This document shows, piece after piece, positions 1-9,842 of a stretch of DNA of 64,000 bases. The notes beneath the pieces were generated by a model. The model did no database searches, was not told the origin of the DNA, and saw nothing but the letters and a program-made list of their open reading frames with translations. A program made the position numbers and the translations under genes. How positions within the stretch are numbered: position 1 is the stretch's first letter; each line of letters opens with the position of its first letter. The stretch comes from Candidatus Multivoradales bacterium. GTDB taxonomy: Bacteria; Acidobacteriota; Thermoanaerobaculia; Multivoradales; JAHEKO01. The stretch covers positions 2,656,001 to 2,720,000 of the forward strand of contig CBDFIJ010000004.1 in NCBI GenBank assembly GCA_965248055.1. The letters are read 5' to 3'.

Positions 1-1559
1 CCGGTGGGCATTTTGACTGCCCGCGAAACCGATCCTCCGGTCTGCCAGATTTTTGAGAGCTTGACCAGTAGGCCAGCAGAGGCGCTCAAACCACTGAACT
101 TGCGTCCGGCTTTCAACGCCGGAGTTTGCGTGTCTTGGGATTCGTAGCGGGCACCGAATTCGTAGATCAGGCGATTCTTGGTCCATTGTTCGACGGCGAA
201 TACCGCCAGATTGGTGCTTTCGATGCGGGGAACGAAAGCCTCTTCGCCGACCGCTCGGAAGTCTCGGTCCCGTGCCTGGATACCGATTGACCCGGTGAGG
301 TTTCCGCGCGTCTGCTGTACCAATTCGACGCGCGCTTCCCAGGCGTCGTTGAAAAACTGAGTGCCGACCTCACTGCCTTCCAATTCTTGGTGTTGGTAGT
401 TGACCCAACCAGCCCGAATTTTGGCGCTGGCGAAGCGGCCGAACGGGTTGCGAAGTTCGCTCTTGAGGTCGAATCTCCTTTGTTCTAGATCGATGCGCAG
501 TGCTTCTTCATGATCTCCGCCGGGAATCCCGTAGAACGAATCGATCCCTGATACCGAGAGTCCGACCCAGCCCTTGTCGCTGAAGAAACGGGTGACGCCT
601 AGTCGGCCAGAGTCTGATTGCAGATCACTGTTGCCGACAGTTTCCTCTCCAGTGAGGGTTGCTCCCCGGGGGACTTCGTAGGGTGAAGTGTGGCGGTGTA
701 GGCCACCTACGCTCCAAGCCCAGTCTCCAGCGCCGCCGGTGAGCCCCACAGACCCGGTGATTTCCTCGGCGACCGACCCGAGTCTCAAGTCGGCGGTTCC
801 GGACAGCGGTTTGGCTGCTCGATAGCGAGGGATGCGGTCATCAATGACGTTGACTACACCCCCGATGGCGCTCGAGCCGTAGAGCAGGGTGGCGGGCCCG
901 CGCAGCACCTCGATGCGTTCTGCTTGTCCCGGTTCGATCGATACCGCATGGTCAGGACTGGAAGTGGAAGCGTCCAGCGAGCCGATGCCATCTTCCAAGG
1001 TGCGCACTCGGCTGCCACCCAGGCCTCGGATCACCGGGCGACTGGAGCCGGGGCCGAAAAACGACGCGGTGACCCCAGGCTCTTGCTCGAGAGTCTCACC
1101 CAGCGAGGCCTGCAGGACTTCCAACAACTCGTCGCCAGAGAGAACGTTGATCGGCTGAGCTATTTCTGACTCGCCGCGTGGTTGACCCCCGGCACTGACC
1201 ACGATCTCGTCGGAGTGGGCGTGGGAGGAGACCGTGAGCTCCACCTCTTGAGAACCGGATTGAATTCGGTGCAGTGACCGCGATCCGCCGTAGTCAAGTT
1301 CGATGCGCAGCTCACCGGCCGGGAGTTGGTTGAAGTGAAACGATCCATCCGGGCTGGAGCGGGTTTCCCGCTGCGGTTGCAAGACGCGAACGATTGCGTC
1401 CGCTACTGGCTCGCCGCGGCTGTCTACCACCCTTCCGGAGATCGAGCCTTCTTGAGCTGTGGCGGGTGCCAAGTTAGCGACCATCGCCAGCATCAAGGCG
1501 GCGGTGCGTAGAGGAACCGGATTGGGTTTTTGGGTTATCCAATAAAACTGCAAATTCAT
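1..1559 (-). CDS. TonB-dependent receptor, ZnuD-like (runs off the window's left edge)
   Basis: Not in the ORF track. Manual translation from ATG 1559 (GGAAGG SD) gives a signal-like N-terminus and the plug motif DHAVSIEPGQAERIEVLRGPATLLYGSSAIGGVVNVIDDRIP. Confidence 0.9.
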   Translation of the reverse strand, partial: MNLQFYWITQKPNPVPLRTAALMLAMVANLAPATAQEGSISGRVVDSRGEPVADAIVRVLQPQRETRSSPDGSFHFNQLPAGELRIELDYGGSRSLHRIQSGSQEVELTVSSHAHSDEIVVSAGGQPRGESEIAQPINVLSGDELLEVLQASLGETLEQEPGVTASFFGPGSSRPVIRGLGGSRVRTLEDGIGSLDASTSSPDHAVSIEPGQAERIEVLRGPATLLYGSSAIGGVVNVIDDRIPRYRAAKPLSGTADLRLGSVAEEITGSVGLTGGAGDWAWSVGGLHRHTSPYEVPRGATLTGEETVGNSDLQSDSGRLGVTRFFSDKGWVGLSVSGIDSFYGIPGGDHEEALRIDLEQRRFDLKSELRNPFGRFASAKIRAGWVNYQHQELEGSEVGTQFFNDAWEARVELVQQTRGNLTGSIGIQARDRDFRAVGEEAFVPRIESTNLAVFAVEQWTKNRLIYEFGARYESQDTQTPALKAGRKFSGLSASAGLLVKLSKIWQTGGSVSRAVKMPT

Positions 1560-1648
1560 GAGTCCTTCCAGTTGACAAGTTCCTTCCAAGATTTCGAGTC
1601 GAGCGATCAAAGATCGATCGCTCAGATTGCCCGAGAAGACGGGCTTGG

Positions 1649-2044
1649 TTAGGAACGAACTGGAGGAGCGCGACCTTGAGCGGTCGAATAGGGTTGGATT
1701 GAAGTGGGTCGGGGAGGCGCGACGAACAGGCTCGATGAAATCTGAGCCAAAGGTTTGTGGGTCGAATCGAGAGCTAGGTTAGCTTGGCCAAGGTTGGCAA
1801 TACAGAAAAGGCACTCAATGGTCTCGCGCCCGATATCGCAATCCCAATGGAGGTCGGCAATCTGATTGGCGTGTGGACTAATCTGCCGCAGTTCATGATC
1901 TCGATGGTCGAGGTCGGTATGTGCTGCTGCATCATTGCCAACGGTACTGCTGACGGTTGTCGCCAAACCGGCTGATCCAGCGAAGATCGCTAGGAGTAAC
2001 AACCAGATGACGCTCTTGCACCGGTAGCGGGTCATGCTCCTCAT
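1649..2044 (-). CDS. DUF2946/CruR-like leader protein with CxxC and C-terminal RAPP motif
   Basis: Hydrophobic N-terminus, His-rich stretch, CLFC, Pro-rich linker, ends GRAPPVRS; ~90 nt upstream of the receptor. Start 2044 or 2035. Confidence 0.75.
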   Translation of the reverse strand: MRSMTRYRCKSVIWLLLLAIFAGSAGLATTVSSTVGNDAAAHTDLDHRDHELRQISPHANQIADLHWDCDIGRETIECLFCIANLGQANLALDSTHKPLAQISSSLFVAPPRPTSIQPYSTAQGRAPPVRS

Positions 2045-2128
2045 AACGTGCTTGGATTCTGGGCTATTCCCGCGATGCGAGAAGCGGCAGCAGCCGCTCA
2101 TGCTTCGAGAGGGCTGGTCGTCCGGCTG

Positions 2129-2965
2129 CTAGGCGCTAGCAGCGATCGACTGTGCGGCAGATTCCGGCAGTGGCGCTCGCGCTCCAATGCGTTGCTTACC
2201 CAGGAAGGCCGCGCCGATTGCGGCAGCGAACTGCACCATATCCCCCTGTGGAACGTTGACCTCATCGCCGAGTTGCTTACGGATCTCCTTTGCCAGCGAC
2301 TCAAAACGAAGAATGCCTCCCACCAGGGTGTATTCGGGCTCCATGCGCACTCGCTTCATCAGTTGCACCGAACGTCCGATCAGCGACACCATCGCTCCCA
2401 GCATGATATCCGCGGGCGGCCGGCCCAGCGACAGGTGGTTGATGACTTCCGACTCGGCAAACACGGCGCACACGCCGGAGATCGGAGCCGGTTGTTTGGA
2501 TGTGGCGGCCAAGGGCCCGATTTCCTCAGTGGAGTAGCCCATGTACTTGGCGGTCTTTTCAATGAAAGCGCCGGTGCCAGCGGCACACTTGTCGTTGAGA
2601 CGAAAGGACTTGACCTTGGCATCATCGTCCAACCTCGATGCCTTCATGGTCTGTCCGCCAATGTCGAGCACCGTCTTGGTGTTGGGAAACAGCAGGCAAG
2701 CGGCGCGGGCGGTGGCGGTCATGTCGGTTATTTGGGTGTCACGGAAGGCAACTTGGTGCCGACCGAAACCCGTGGCGATGACATAGCTAATTTCGTCTTC
2801 TTGCAATCCAGCGGTCTCCAAGCACTGCTCGAAAAGGCGGCGTGAAACCTCGGGCAGCCGAAAACCGGTGCGGGCTATCGCTTTGGCGACCACTTGATTG
2901 TCGCCATCGAGAATCACCGATTTAGCGTAAGTGGATCCAACGTCGAGTCCAGCGGTATAGCTCAT
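2129..2965 (-). CDS. Benzoyl-CoA reductase ATPase/activase subunit (BcrD/BadG-like)
   Basis: ASKHA motifs [34 protein letters not shown]; last gene of the bcr operon. Confidence 0.85.
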   Translation of the reverse strand: MSYTAGLDVGSTYAKSVILDGDNQVVAKAIARTGFRLPEVSRRLFEQCLETAGLQEDEISYVIATGFGRHQVAFRDTQITDMTATARAACLLFPNTKTVLDIGGQTMKASRLDDDAKVKSFRLNDKCAAGTGAFIEKTAKYMGYSTEEIGPLAATSKQPAPISGVCAVFAESEVINHLSLGRPPADIMLGAMVSLIGRSVQLMKRVRMEPEYTLVGGILRFESLAKEIRKQLGDEVNVPQGDMVQFAAAIGAAFLGKQRIGARAPLPESAAQSIAASA

Positions 2966-3795
2966 GATGCCTCCACGAGATCTTGGGTTGCACTCTTGCG
3001 CCCTGGCTGACGACCGGCTCGGATACGGTCCATGGCAAATAGCGCCGCGCCCAGAGCCCCCATGAAATGGGAATCGTCACTGACGTTGAGCTTGAACCCG
3101 AGTTGTTTCTCCAGCGTTGCGATCATGCCGATATTTTTCGCCACGCCACCGGTGAACGTCACTTCCGGTTCGATACCAACTCGACGCAGCAGGCCGAGAG
3201 AACGGGAAGCGATCGAATCGTGGACCCCTTTGAGGATGTCCTCGATCTTCTTGCCTCGACCCAACCAGGAGAGAATCTCAGACTCAGCAAACACCGTGCA
3301 GGTGGTTGAGATGCGAACCGCTTTGGTCGCTTGCAGGGCAGTCGGCCCCAGCTCTTCGAGAGGAATTTCTAAAGCGGTTGAAGCCGCCCCCAAGAAGCGC
3401 CCGGTTCCGGCGGCGCACTTGTCGTTCATGCAGAAGTCATCCACCATGCCTTCTTTGCCGATACGGATTGCCTTGGTGTCTTGACCGCCCATATCGATCA
3501 CCGTTTTGGTGTTGGGGAACATGTGCACCGCCCCGCGGCCATGGCAGGAAATTTCCGTGACCTGATCGTTGCCAAAGGTAATCTGGTAACGCCCGTAGCC
3601 GGTCCCGATCACGTACTCCACCTCGGTTTCCCGGATGTCTGCATCGCGTAGGGCTTGCTCATAGGCGTTTTCGGCTGCGGTGACCACATTGGCGCCAGTG
3701 TCGGTCAGACAGCGACCGACGATTTCCTCGCGTTCATTGATGACCACGGCTTTGGTTTGTGTGGAGCCCACGTCGACTCCGGCTGCATGCGCCAT
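2962..3795 (-). CDS. Benzoyl-CoA reductase ATPase/activase subunit (short BcrA/BzdQ-like)
   Basis: [47 protein letters not shown]. Confidence 0.85.
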   Translation of the reverse strand: MAHAAGVDVGSTQTKAVVINEREEIVGRCLTDTGANVVTAAENAYEQALRDADIRETEVEYVIGTGYGRYQITFGNDQVTEISCHGRGAVHMFPNTKTVIDMGGQDTKAIRIGKEGMVDDFCMNDKCAAGTGRFLGAASTALEIPLEELGPTALQATKAVRISTTCTVFAESEILSWLGRGKKIEDILKGVHDSIASRSLGLLRRVGIEPEVTFTGGVAKNIGMIATLEKQLGFKLNVSDDSHFMGALGAALFAMDRIRAGRQPGRKSATQDLVEAS

Positions 3796-5096
3796 TAGAA
3801 CCCTCCCGTTTTGGCTTCGCTGTCGCGAAGGCGTCGAGTTCCCAATCCTTCAAAAAAGGCGTCAACTCTGTTTTTCATTTGTGCTTCGGAGATCACCCTG
3901 CGATCCATCATGTCGGACTCGATGAACAGCGTCGCTACGTCATGTTGTTCCATCAACGCTCGACGTCCATCGGCCAGACCTGTTGAGACCGTCCTGCAGC
4001 TCTTGATCGGGTGATAGACGACGCCATCGATGCCGAAGTCTTCGATCATCGATCCGACCACCCGGTCGTTGTAGAACATCGAGTCCATGGCGTCACGGGT
4101 GGACAACAGGACGCCTTCCGCCAAACTCTCGATCGGTCGGTCCAGGTCGTATTGGAATCCGAGATTACCGCCACCGGAGGCGAACCACAGGTAGGTGGAG
4201 TTGACGAACACGCCACCCCAGTCGCTGAACATCTCGTTGAAACGGCGAAAGATCGGGTAACACGGCACACCAACGAAAGACAGCCGGTAGGTCTCTTCAT
4301 CCAGAGTGCCGATGCCCTCGGCGACTTTGAGTTCCATTTCGTCAACCAAATCCGAGAAATAACCTGCGGCCTCGGGTGTCCCTCGCAGGCCGTTGGCAAC
4401 CCCAAGATAGATGGTGCCATCGGTAAGCGCGTTGAACACTGCTGGCCGAGTTTGGTTGAGTTCGATAATCCTCTTCCAGGAAGCGGAGACGGTATTGCAG
4501 TGGCCCAGCACCTCGCGTAGATGATCGATGTCAAAGCGCTTTTTAGTTAGTAGTTCACAGGCGGTGATCAACTCGCGAATCTGGGCTTCGACGTAGCGTC
4601 GATCGCGCTCCAGATCATCATGTCCCAGGGTGGTCAGTGAGTGGGCGCTGCGGGAGCCCGGGACATCGAGGGTGAAGACTTGGGTGTCGTAAAGTCGCTC
4701 CCAGATTTCTGCCCACTTGACGTAGGTGTTGCAAGCGTTGGTCAGCACCGCTATCGATGGCCGCGGGATCTTTCCGGCTGGGTGCTTGCCGCCACCCAGT
4801 TGCACTGCCACGTCGGCTTTGACATAACCGCAAATGTCCGGGGAGTAGCCATAGTCCTCTGCCTCATCCAAGTACTCGTGGGCGACGTGGCGCACTGCCG
4901 TCTGTAGGGAGTTGATCTCGGGGAACACCACTGGTAGGTCGAAGCTGCGCAGGATCTCAACCAAGCTTCCCATGACGAAAACATAGGCGGCGGAACCTTC
5001 GTCATCTGCGATTTTGGTGAGGTCCGAGAACCAGTTGCTGAATAACTCTGCTCCCTCAGTGTTCCCGCGTCCGATGATTTCTGGCGTTTGATTCAT
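3795..5096 (-). CDS. bcrB: Benzoyl-CoA reductase subunit B (HGD-D family)
   Basis: [28 protein letters not shown]...KNR motifs resemble BcrB/BadE; operon context. Confidence 0.85.
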   Translation of the reverse strand: MNQTPEIIGRGNTEGAELFSNWFSDLTKIADDEGSAAYVFVMGSLVEILRSFDLPVVFPEINSLQTAVRHVAHEYLDEAEDYGYSPDICGYVKADVAVQLGGGKHPAGKIPRPSIAVLTNACNTYVKWAEIWERLYDTQVFTLDVPGSRSAHSLTTLGHDDLERDRRYVEAQIRELITACELLTKKRFDIDHLREVLGHCNTVSASWKRIIELNQTRPAVFNALTDGTIYLGVANGLRGTPEAAGYFSDLVDEMELKVAEGIGTLDEETYRLSFVGVPCYPIFRRFNEMFSDWGGVFVNSTYLWFASGGGNLGFQYDLDRPIESLAEGVLLSTRDAMDSMFYNDRVVGSMIEDFGIDGVVYHPIKSCRTVSTGLADGRRALMEQHDVATLFIESDMMDRRVISEAQMKNRVDAFFEGLGTRRLRDSEAKTGGF

Positions 5097-5114
5097 GATG
5101 AGCTCTCAGTCGGA

Positions 5115-6281
5115 TCAGGTGAACATCAGGTTCTCGACAAAGGTCTCAAGCTGCAGTTGCAAGTGCTCAAAACTCCACATCGACTCCTGAAATTCGCTGA
5201 CAAAATAGGGTACGCCTTGGTCATCGAGGGCGCGGGTATAGGCCACTTGTTCTTCAAGGCCGGGTTCGCACATTTTGGCTGCGGTGATGATCGCAGCCTC
5301 GGCTCCGGAGCGTTGGATGCGCTCCAGGAGCATCTTCTCCTTGGGCTTGCGCAGATCGTGCTGCACCGGGCTGTACGAAGACTGTTCCAGGTAGGCGGAT
5401 GCCAACGCTGCCAGCGGGCTACCGTTGACTTCGATGTCCTCCAAGATCCAACGTAGGCCAATCAGCAAATCGTCATCGACGATGTAGCAGGAGTGGCCAA
5501 TGGTGCGGATTAGATCGATCGGTGGCTGCTCGCAGAATCCTCCTTCAAATACCACTCGGATGCGGTCTTGCTGCTTGCTATTGCGCTGGCGTAGCTGGGG
5601 CAGTATCCACTGCAGGAACTGGTTATGTTCTTCGCGCGGAAGGATGCCCGCCAGCGCTACCAGTACGTAGGCTTCGACCGCCGTGACTACCCAAGGTTGG
5701 TCGCGTTTGATTGCGTAGAGTTCGCGCATTAGCTGCCGGTTCTCATTGAATACCGCGATCGAGGCTGTCAGATCGGCTTCGGTGACCTGGTGGCCGGAGA
5801 TTTCGCTCATCTCTGTGAGCACCCGTTGGTATTCCTGCTCCAAGTAGGTGGGTGCGTATGCTGAGTTGGCGTTTTGAGGAAGGTAGAGAATCTGCGATGG
5901 ATAGTCGACGTTGCGTTCCCACACCGCGGCCAGATTGCGCGCGGCGTCACAGATTGGGTGACTGACGAATAGATCCAGCTCTAGATTGCCGGATAGGGCC
6001 AGTTCGAGTGAAGTCTTGAGGATGGAGCAGAGGTAGGAGCCGAACCTCGACTCGGCCTGGGTCGCCTGTAAGTTACTGCCGCGAATCTTGACCGGCAGCA
6101 TGCCTGCAGCGTGGGCCAGTTCCTCAGGGAAGTAGACCTGAAAGTGACCGACGACTTTGCCACCTTGTTCGCGCCAAGCTCGAACCGTTGGATATTCAGC
6201 ATCCTCGACCAAATCGGTCGCCAGATCCAAAGCTTGATCCAGGGTGCAGTCTTGCCACTCGGTAAAAACGGGTTGCTTCAT
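5115..6281 (-). CDS. bcrC: Benzoyl-CoA reductase subunit C
   Basis: VYFPEELAHAAGMLP, SYLCS, HPICDAARNL, GGFCEQPP, KMCEPGL. Confidence 0.85.
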   Translation of the reverse strand: MKQPVFTEWQDCTLDQALDLATDLVEDAEYPTVRAWREQGGKVVGHFQVYFPEELAHAAGMLPVKIRGSNLQATQAESRFGSYLCSILKTSLELALSGNLELDLFVSHPICDAARNLAAVWERNVDYPSQILYLPQNANSAYAPTYLEQEYQRVLTEMSEISGHQVTEADLTASIAVFNENRQLMRELYAIKRDQPWVVTAVEAYVLVALAGILPREEHNQFLQWILPQLRQRNSKQQDRIRVVFEGGFCEQPPIDLIRTIGHSCYIVDDDLLIGLRWILEDIEVNGSPLAALASAYLEQSSYSPVQHDLRKPKEKMLLERIQRSGAEAAIITAAKMCEPGLEEQVAYTRALDDQGVPYFVSEFQESMWSFEHLQLQLETFVENLMFT

Positions 6282-7387
6282 CAGGCGTCCTCATCTTTGC
6301 GGCGGTGAGGTGAAATGGCCGCAATCAAGTTGTCGTCCCAGGGCTCACCGCGAGCGATGCGTCGTCGCGCATCCAGAAAGTCCACTTCGCGTTCTCCACG
6401 CTCACCAAAGTGGAAGGCGGGGAAGCCGGCCTTGGCTTCGGTGGTCATGTTGAGTGCCAGCCAGGCGCGGTTGGATTCTCGGTTACGGTGCCAGTGTTGC
6501 AGCTTGTGCTTGCGTACCGATTCAATGGTTTTGGTGGTGCAATCTGGCAGCGTCAAGGCGAGCTTCCAAGCTAGCAGCTCGACTGCCGTATCGAGGCGGG
6601 AAAAATTAACCTGACAGTTGCGAGCGCGAGTCTTGGCGGCAGCGAAGTCTTCGCCTTGGACAAACGCCCCGTGGATGATGCGACCGTACTCGTCCAGCCA
6701 ACGATCGGTGACCACCTGTGGGTTGGCGATGAACTCGCCGTTTTCTGTGAGCACCGGTTCCAGACCGTTGATCAGTCCGTAGCGCAGCGCCTGATGAGCA
6801 CTCCACAACTCGCACAAAGTGCAGGATTCCATCGCCCTGGCGAAGCCGACGTAGCCGGGTAGAAAATCGGTCGATCCACCGTCAGGGGCGGAGCCGTGCT
6901 TGGGTCCGGCTTGACCGAACACCGCGGTGTCAGCAGCGAGGGAGAAATCACAAGCCATACCGATTTCCTGGCCGCCAGCGACGCGCATGCCGTTGACTCG
7001 GTTGAGCACCGGCTTGTCGCATTCCAGGATTGCGGTCACCATGTCGTTGAACAGCCGCATGTACTGGCGGTACTCCTGCGGGCGCCCGGAGTAGTACTCG
7101 GCGTACTCGGCGGTGTTGCCACCGGTACAGAATGCCCGTTCTCCGACTGCGGTAAACACAACACAGACAACATCTCGCTCGGACGAGGCACGGCGCAACG
7201 CGAGAATCGCCTCCTTGACCATGGCAGTGGTGTAGGAGTTGAGTTGTTTCGGATTGTCGAAAATGATCCAGGCATTAAATAAGTCGGGTACCGGTTTGCC
7301 GGCAGCGTCCAGCAGAGGCCGGCGCTGATAGAGGATGTCGGAAAACTCGACTTCGGCCAGTAGTTCGTGGTTCTTCAAGTTAGTCAT
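6281..7387 (-). CDS. oah: 6-oxocyclohex-1-ene-1-carbonyl-CoA hydrolase
   Basis: Crotonase fold: NPKQLNSYTT, FCTGGNT, GGQEIGMACD, QAGPKHGSAPDGGSTDFL, NRESNRAWLALNM. Confidence 0.92.
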   Translation of the reverse strand: MTNLKNHELLAEVEFSDILYQRRPLLDAAGKPVPDLFNAWIIFDNPKQLNSYTTAMVKEAILALRRASSERDVVCVVFTAVGERAFCTGGNTAEYAEYYSGRPQEYRQYMRLFNDMVTAILECDKPVLNRVNGMRVAGGQEIGMACDFSLAADTAVFGQAGPKHGSAPDGGSTDFLPGYVGFARAMESCTLCELWSAHQALRYGLINGLEPVLTENGEFIANPQVVTDRWLDEYGRIIHGAFVQGEDFAAAKTRARNCQVNFSRLDTAVELLAWKLALTLPDCTTKTIESVRKHKLQHWHRNRESNRAWLALNMTTEAKAGFPAFHFGERGEREVDFLDARRRIARGEPWDDNLIAAISPHRRKDEDA

Positions 7388-7409
7388 AGTTTTCTACCCA
7401 GCAGCCGTA

Positions 7410-8456
7410 TTAGAAATCAGGAATGAGGACAGGGCGACGGGTATGGTGCTCCTGTTGCAGTAGCTGGTTGAGCTCACTCATCGGGCGGTGCTCAACGAAT
7501 GGGCTCAGTGCCAACGATCCTTGCGCTACTAGGTCCAGAATGGCGGGGTAGTGTTCCGGTAGGCAGCCCCAATTGCCCTGCGCTGTGGCATCGAAGGCCA
7601 TCAGGTTGGAAAGCCGTAGCGGGGTCTTGTCCATGGTGAAGCCGACCACCATTAGCTTGGCGTTGTGGGTCAACAAAGACCAAGCGGTTTGTTGGCCCGC
7701 CGCTGATCCGGAGCACTCCAAAATCTTGCGTCGGTGGGAAGCAAGCCCGTGCTCTCTTTGATAGTCGGTGATCGCGGTACGTACGGCACGCGCATCCAGG
7801 TTCGAGCTATTGAGCGGTAGGTCAAGGTAGTCGCTCAGGGCATCGAGCCGAGAATCGTCGATGTCGATCGCGACCACGTGCGCTGCCAGGTGCTTAGCGA
7901 CCTGAGCGGCGAAGGTGCCGACGCCGCCAGCCCCCACCACCACCACCAGGTCCTGGGCCTCTACCTCAGCCCGCACCACCGCTTGGTAGGCAGTTGAAAC
8001 CGCGTCGGCGACTACCGAGTAGTCCTCGATCGAGGTGGCGGTATCGGGTAACGGGCAGAGAAACTGCGCCGGAGTCAGGAAATGGCTGGCAAAGCCACCT
8101 GGGAAATCATTGCCGGGCATTTTCTGTGAGCGGCAGACATTGCCGCGCCCACAATCACATAGATCACAGTCTCCGCAGGGAAGTACCGCCGGGACCACGT
8201 AGTCGCGTCCGAGCATGTCGCTGTGCGAATCTCCAGCGGCCACCACCTTGCCGACGATCTCGTGCCCGAGAGTGAGAGGTAGGTCAGCATTAGGTCGTAC
8301 CCCGCCGTAGAGAAAAGCAACGTCGGTGTGGCACAGACCACAAGCGCGAACCTTTAGCAGTACTTCGTGGTCCGCTGGAGAGGGTAGCGGACGGCGGTTG
8401 AGGACCAACGGCTGCCCCGGTTCGACCATCTGCCAAGAGAATAATTCAGCACTCAT
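7410..8456 (-). CDS. had: 6-hydroxycyclohex-1-ene-1-carbonyl-CoA dehydrogenase
   Basis: Zn-dependent MDR: CGLCHTD, GHE, structural Zn cysteines, MPGND, RLSNLMAFDA, GNWGC. Confidence 0.9.
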   Translation of the reverse strand: MSAELFSWQMVEPGQPLVLNRRPLPSPADHEVLLKVRACGLCHTDVAFLYGGVRPNADLPLTLGHEIVGKVVAAGDSHSDMLGRDYVVPAVLPCGDCDLCDCGRGNVCRSQKMPGNDFPGGFASHFLTPAQFLCPLPDTATSIEDYSVVADAVSTAYQAVVRAEVEAQDLVVVVGAGGVGTFAAQVAKHLAAHVVAIDIDDSRLDALSDYLDLPLNSSNLDARAVRTAITDYQREHGLASHRRKILECSGSAAGQQTAWSLLTHNAKLMVVGFTMDKTPLRLSNLMAFDATAQGNWGCLPEHYPAILDLVAQGSLALSPFVEHRPMSELNQLLQQEHHTRRPVLIPDF

Positions 8457-9184
8457 GACGAACTTTTGCTGACTCCCTGCGCGGTGTCCTGGTTGCCAAG
8501 CAGCGGAGGCAGGCTGGGTGTGTCGAGGGTCAGTTCGATCTCGGCTACCAGATCCTGCTCAGGACAGCGGGTGACAGCGCCGCACAGGAACAATCGATGA
8601 ACGGTGCGTGCGAGTTCTGGTAGATCACCGTGGCGCTTTGGCTGGTACCAACCGTAGCTCCAGTTGAGCATGCCGAACAGACAGTAGGTCAGCCGCTCGA
8701 CTTCCATCTCGTTTGCTGGATGACCGGCAGCTCCTACCCGACCACAACCTTGGTTGATCACCTGCGATGTCACCTGGCACCCGAGATCGAAATAGCGATT
8801 CTTGAGATTGCGAATCTGACTGCGTTCTTTCGCCGGCAGGGAACCCGCTTCATGCACCAAGATGCGCATGACATCGGTATTCTGAGAGAAGTAGGTAAGG
8901 TGGTTGAGGATTAGAATATTGAGTTGGCCGTTTGCCGACTCGATATCCTTGAGCGATCTCTCGGTGGTGGTGATTAGGTTTTGAAACGCCTCTTTCTGCA
9001 GTACAAAGAGGATCTCTTCCTTGGAGGAAAAGTAGTTGTAGGCGGAGGCCAGGCTGCGCCCGGTCGCTTTCGCCAGCCCGCGCATGGTCATCCCGTGGTA
9101 ACCCTGGCTGGCGATGAACTGCGCTGCCGCGGCGAGGATTTTTTGCCGCTGGGCCTCTCGATGGCGAGTATGGGGGTTGTCCAT
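8453..9184 (-). CDS. TetR/AcrR family regulator (PaaR/KstR2-like), first gene of the bcr operon
   Basis: N-terminal HTH (GYHGMTMRGLAK...YNYFSSKEEIL); C-terminal FGMLNWSYGWY. Confidence 0.9.
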   Translation of the reverse strand: MDNPHTRHREAQRQKILAAAAQFIASQGYHGMTMRGLAKATGRSLASAYNYFSSKEEILFVLQKEAFQNLITTTERSLKDIESANGQLNILILNHLTYFSQNTDVMRILVHEAGSLPAKERSQIRNLKNRYFDLGCQVTSQVINQGCGRVGAAGHPANEMEVERLTYCLFGMLNWSYGWYQPKRHGDLPELARTVHRLFLCGAVTRCPEQDLVAEIELTLDTPSLPPLLGNQDTAQGVSKSSS

Positions 9185-9190
9185 GAGGAT

Positions 9191-9220
9191 ATGTTAAGTT
9201 AACGAACGTTCGTTCGTCAA
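9191..9220 (-). promoter_or_regulatory. Sigma70 promoter (TTGACG-18-TAACAT) with a palindromic operator in the spacer
   Basis: Perfect palindrome AACGAACGTTCGTT at 9201-9214; the -10 is 6 nt from the tetR ATG. Confidence 0.7.
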
Positions 9221-9245
9221 CAAGTCATGCATCAGGAGAGACGCG

Positions 9246-9812
9246 ATGTCCAATCAAACAAATGCCACCGCCGAGCTCAAGGCCGAACATCGAGTGATCA
9301 AAAGAGTTCTGAGAGTGCTGGACCTGTTGGTGAAGGAGATGGACGAAGGGAAGCAACCACGGTTGGAACTCCTGGGCTCATCCGTAGAGTTCTTCCGCCT
9401 CTATGCCGATGCTTGCCACCATGCCAAGGAAGAAGACTTGCTATTCCCGGTGTTGGAGAACAAGGGAATTCCGCGCGAGGGCGGCCCCATTGGGGTGATG
9501 CTCGAAGAGCACCGCATCGCGCGTTGCTATGTTGCGCGCATGGCGGCAGCGCTCAAGGCGATGAATGGCGGCGGCGAGAGTGGGGCTGCTGCCGGGGAGT
9601 TTTGTGGTGTGGCGCGAGAGTATCTTCAGCTCCTCACTCAACACATATACAAAGAAGACAACATTCTCTTCGAGATCGGCGACCAGGTAATGGACGATGG
9701 TGATCGCGCGCAACTGTCGGCTGGCTTTTGCGATGTGGCGTGCCGGGATTTCGACGGCAAGACGCGGGAACAGTTGGAGTTATTGGCTGATCAATTGGAG
9801 CAACAAGTCTAG
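9246..9812 (+). CDS. Hemerythrin (HHE) domain protein
   Basis: EH, HHAKEE, EEH, HIYKED iron-ligand pattern; AGGAG SD. Confidence 0.88.
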   Translation: MSNQTNATAELKAEHRVIKRVLRVLDLLVKEMDEGKQPRLELLGSSVEFFRLYADACHHAKEEDLLFPVLENKGIPREGGPIGVMLEEHRIARCYVARMAAALKAMNGGGESGAAAGEFCGVAREYLQLLTQHIYKEDNILFEIGDQVMDDGDRAQLSAGFCDVACRDFDGKTREQLELLADQLEQQV

Positions 9813-9842
9813 GCAGCAAGACCTCCTGGATCGGAGCGCTGC

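Noticed and set aside
2048-2845. 265-aa plus-strand ORF
   Set aside because: Antisense shadow of a reductase subunit.
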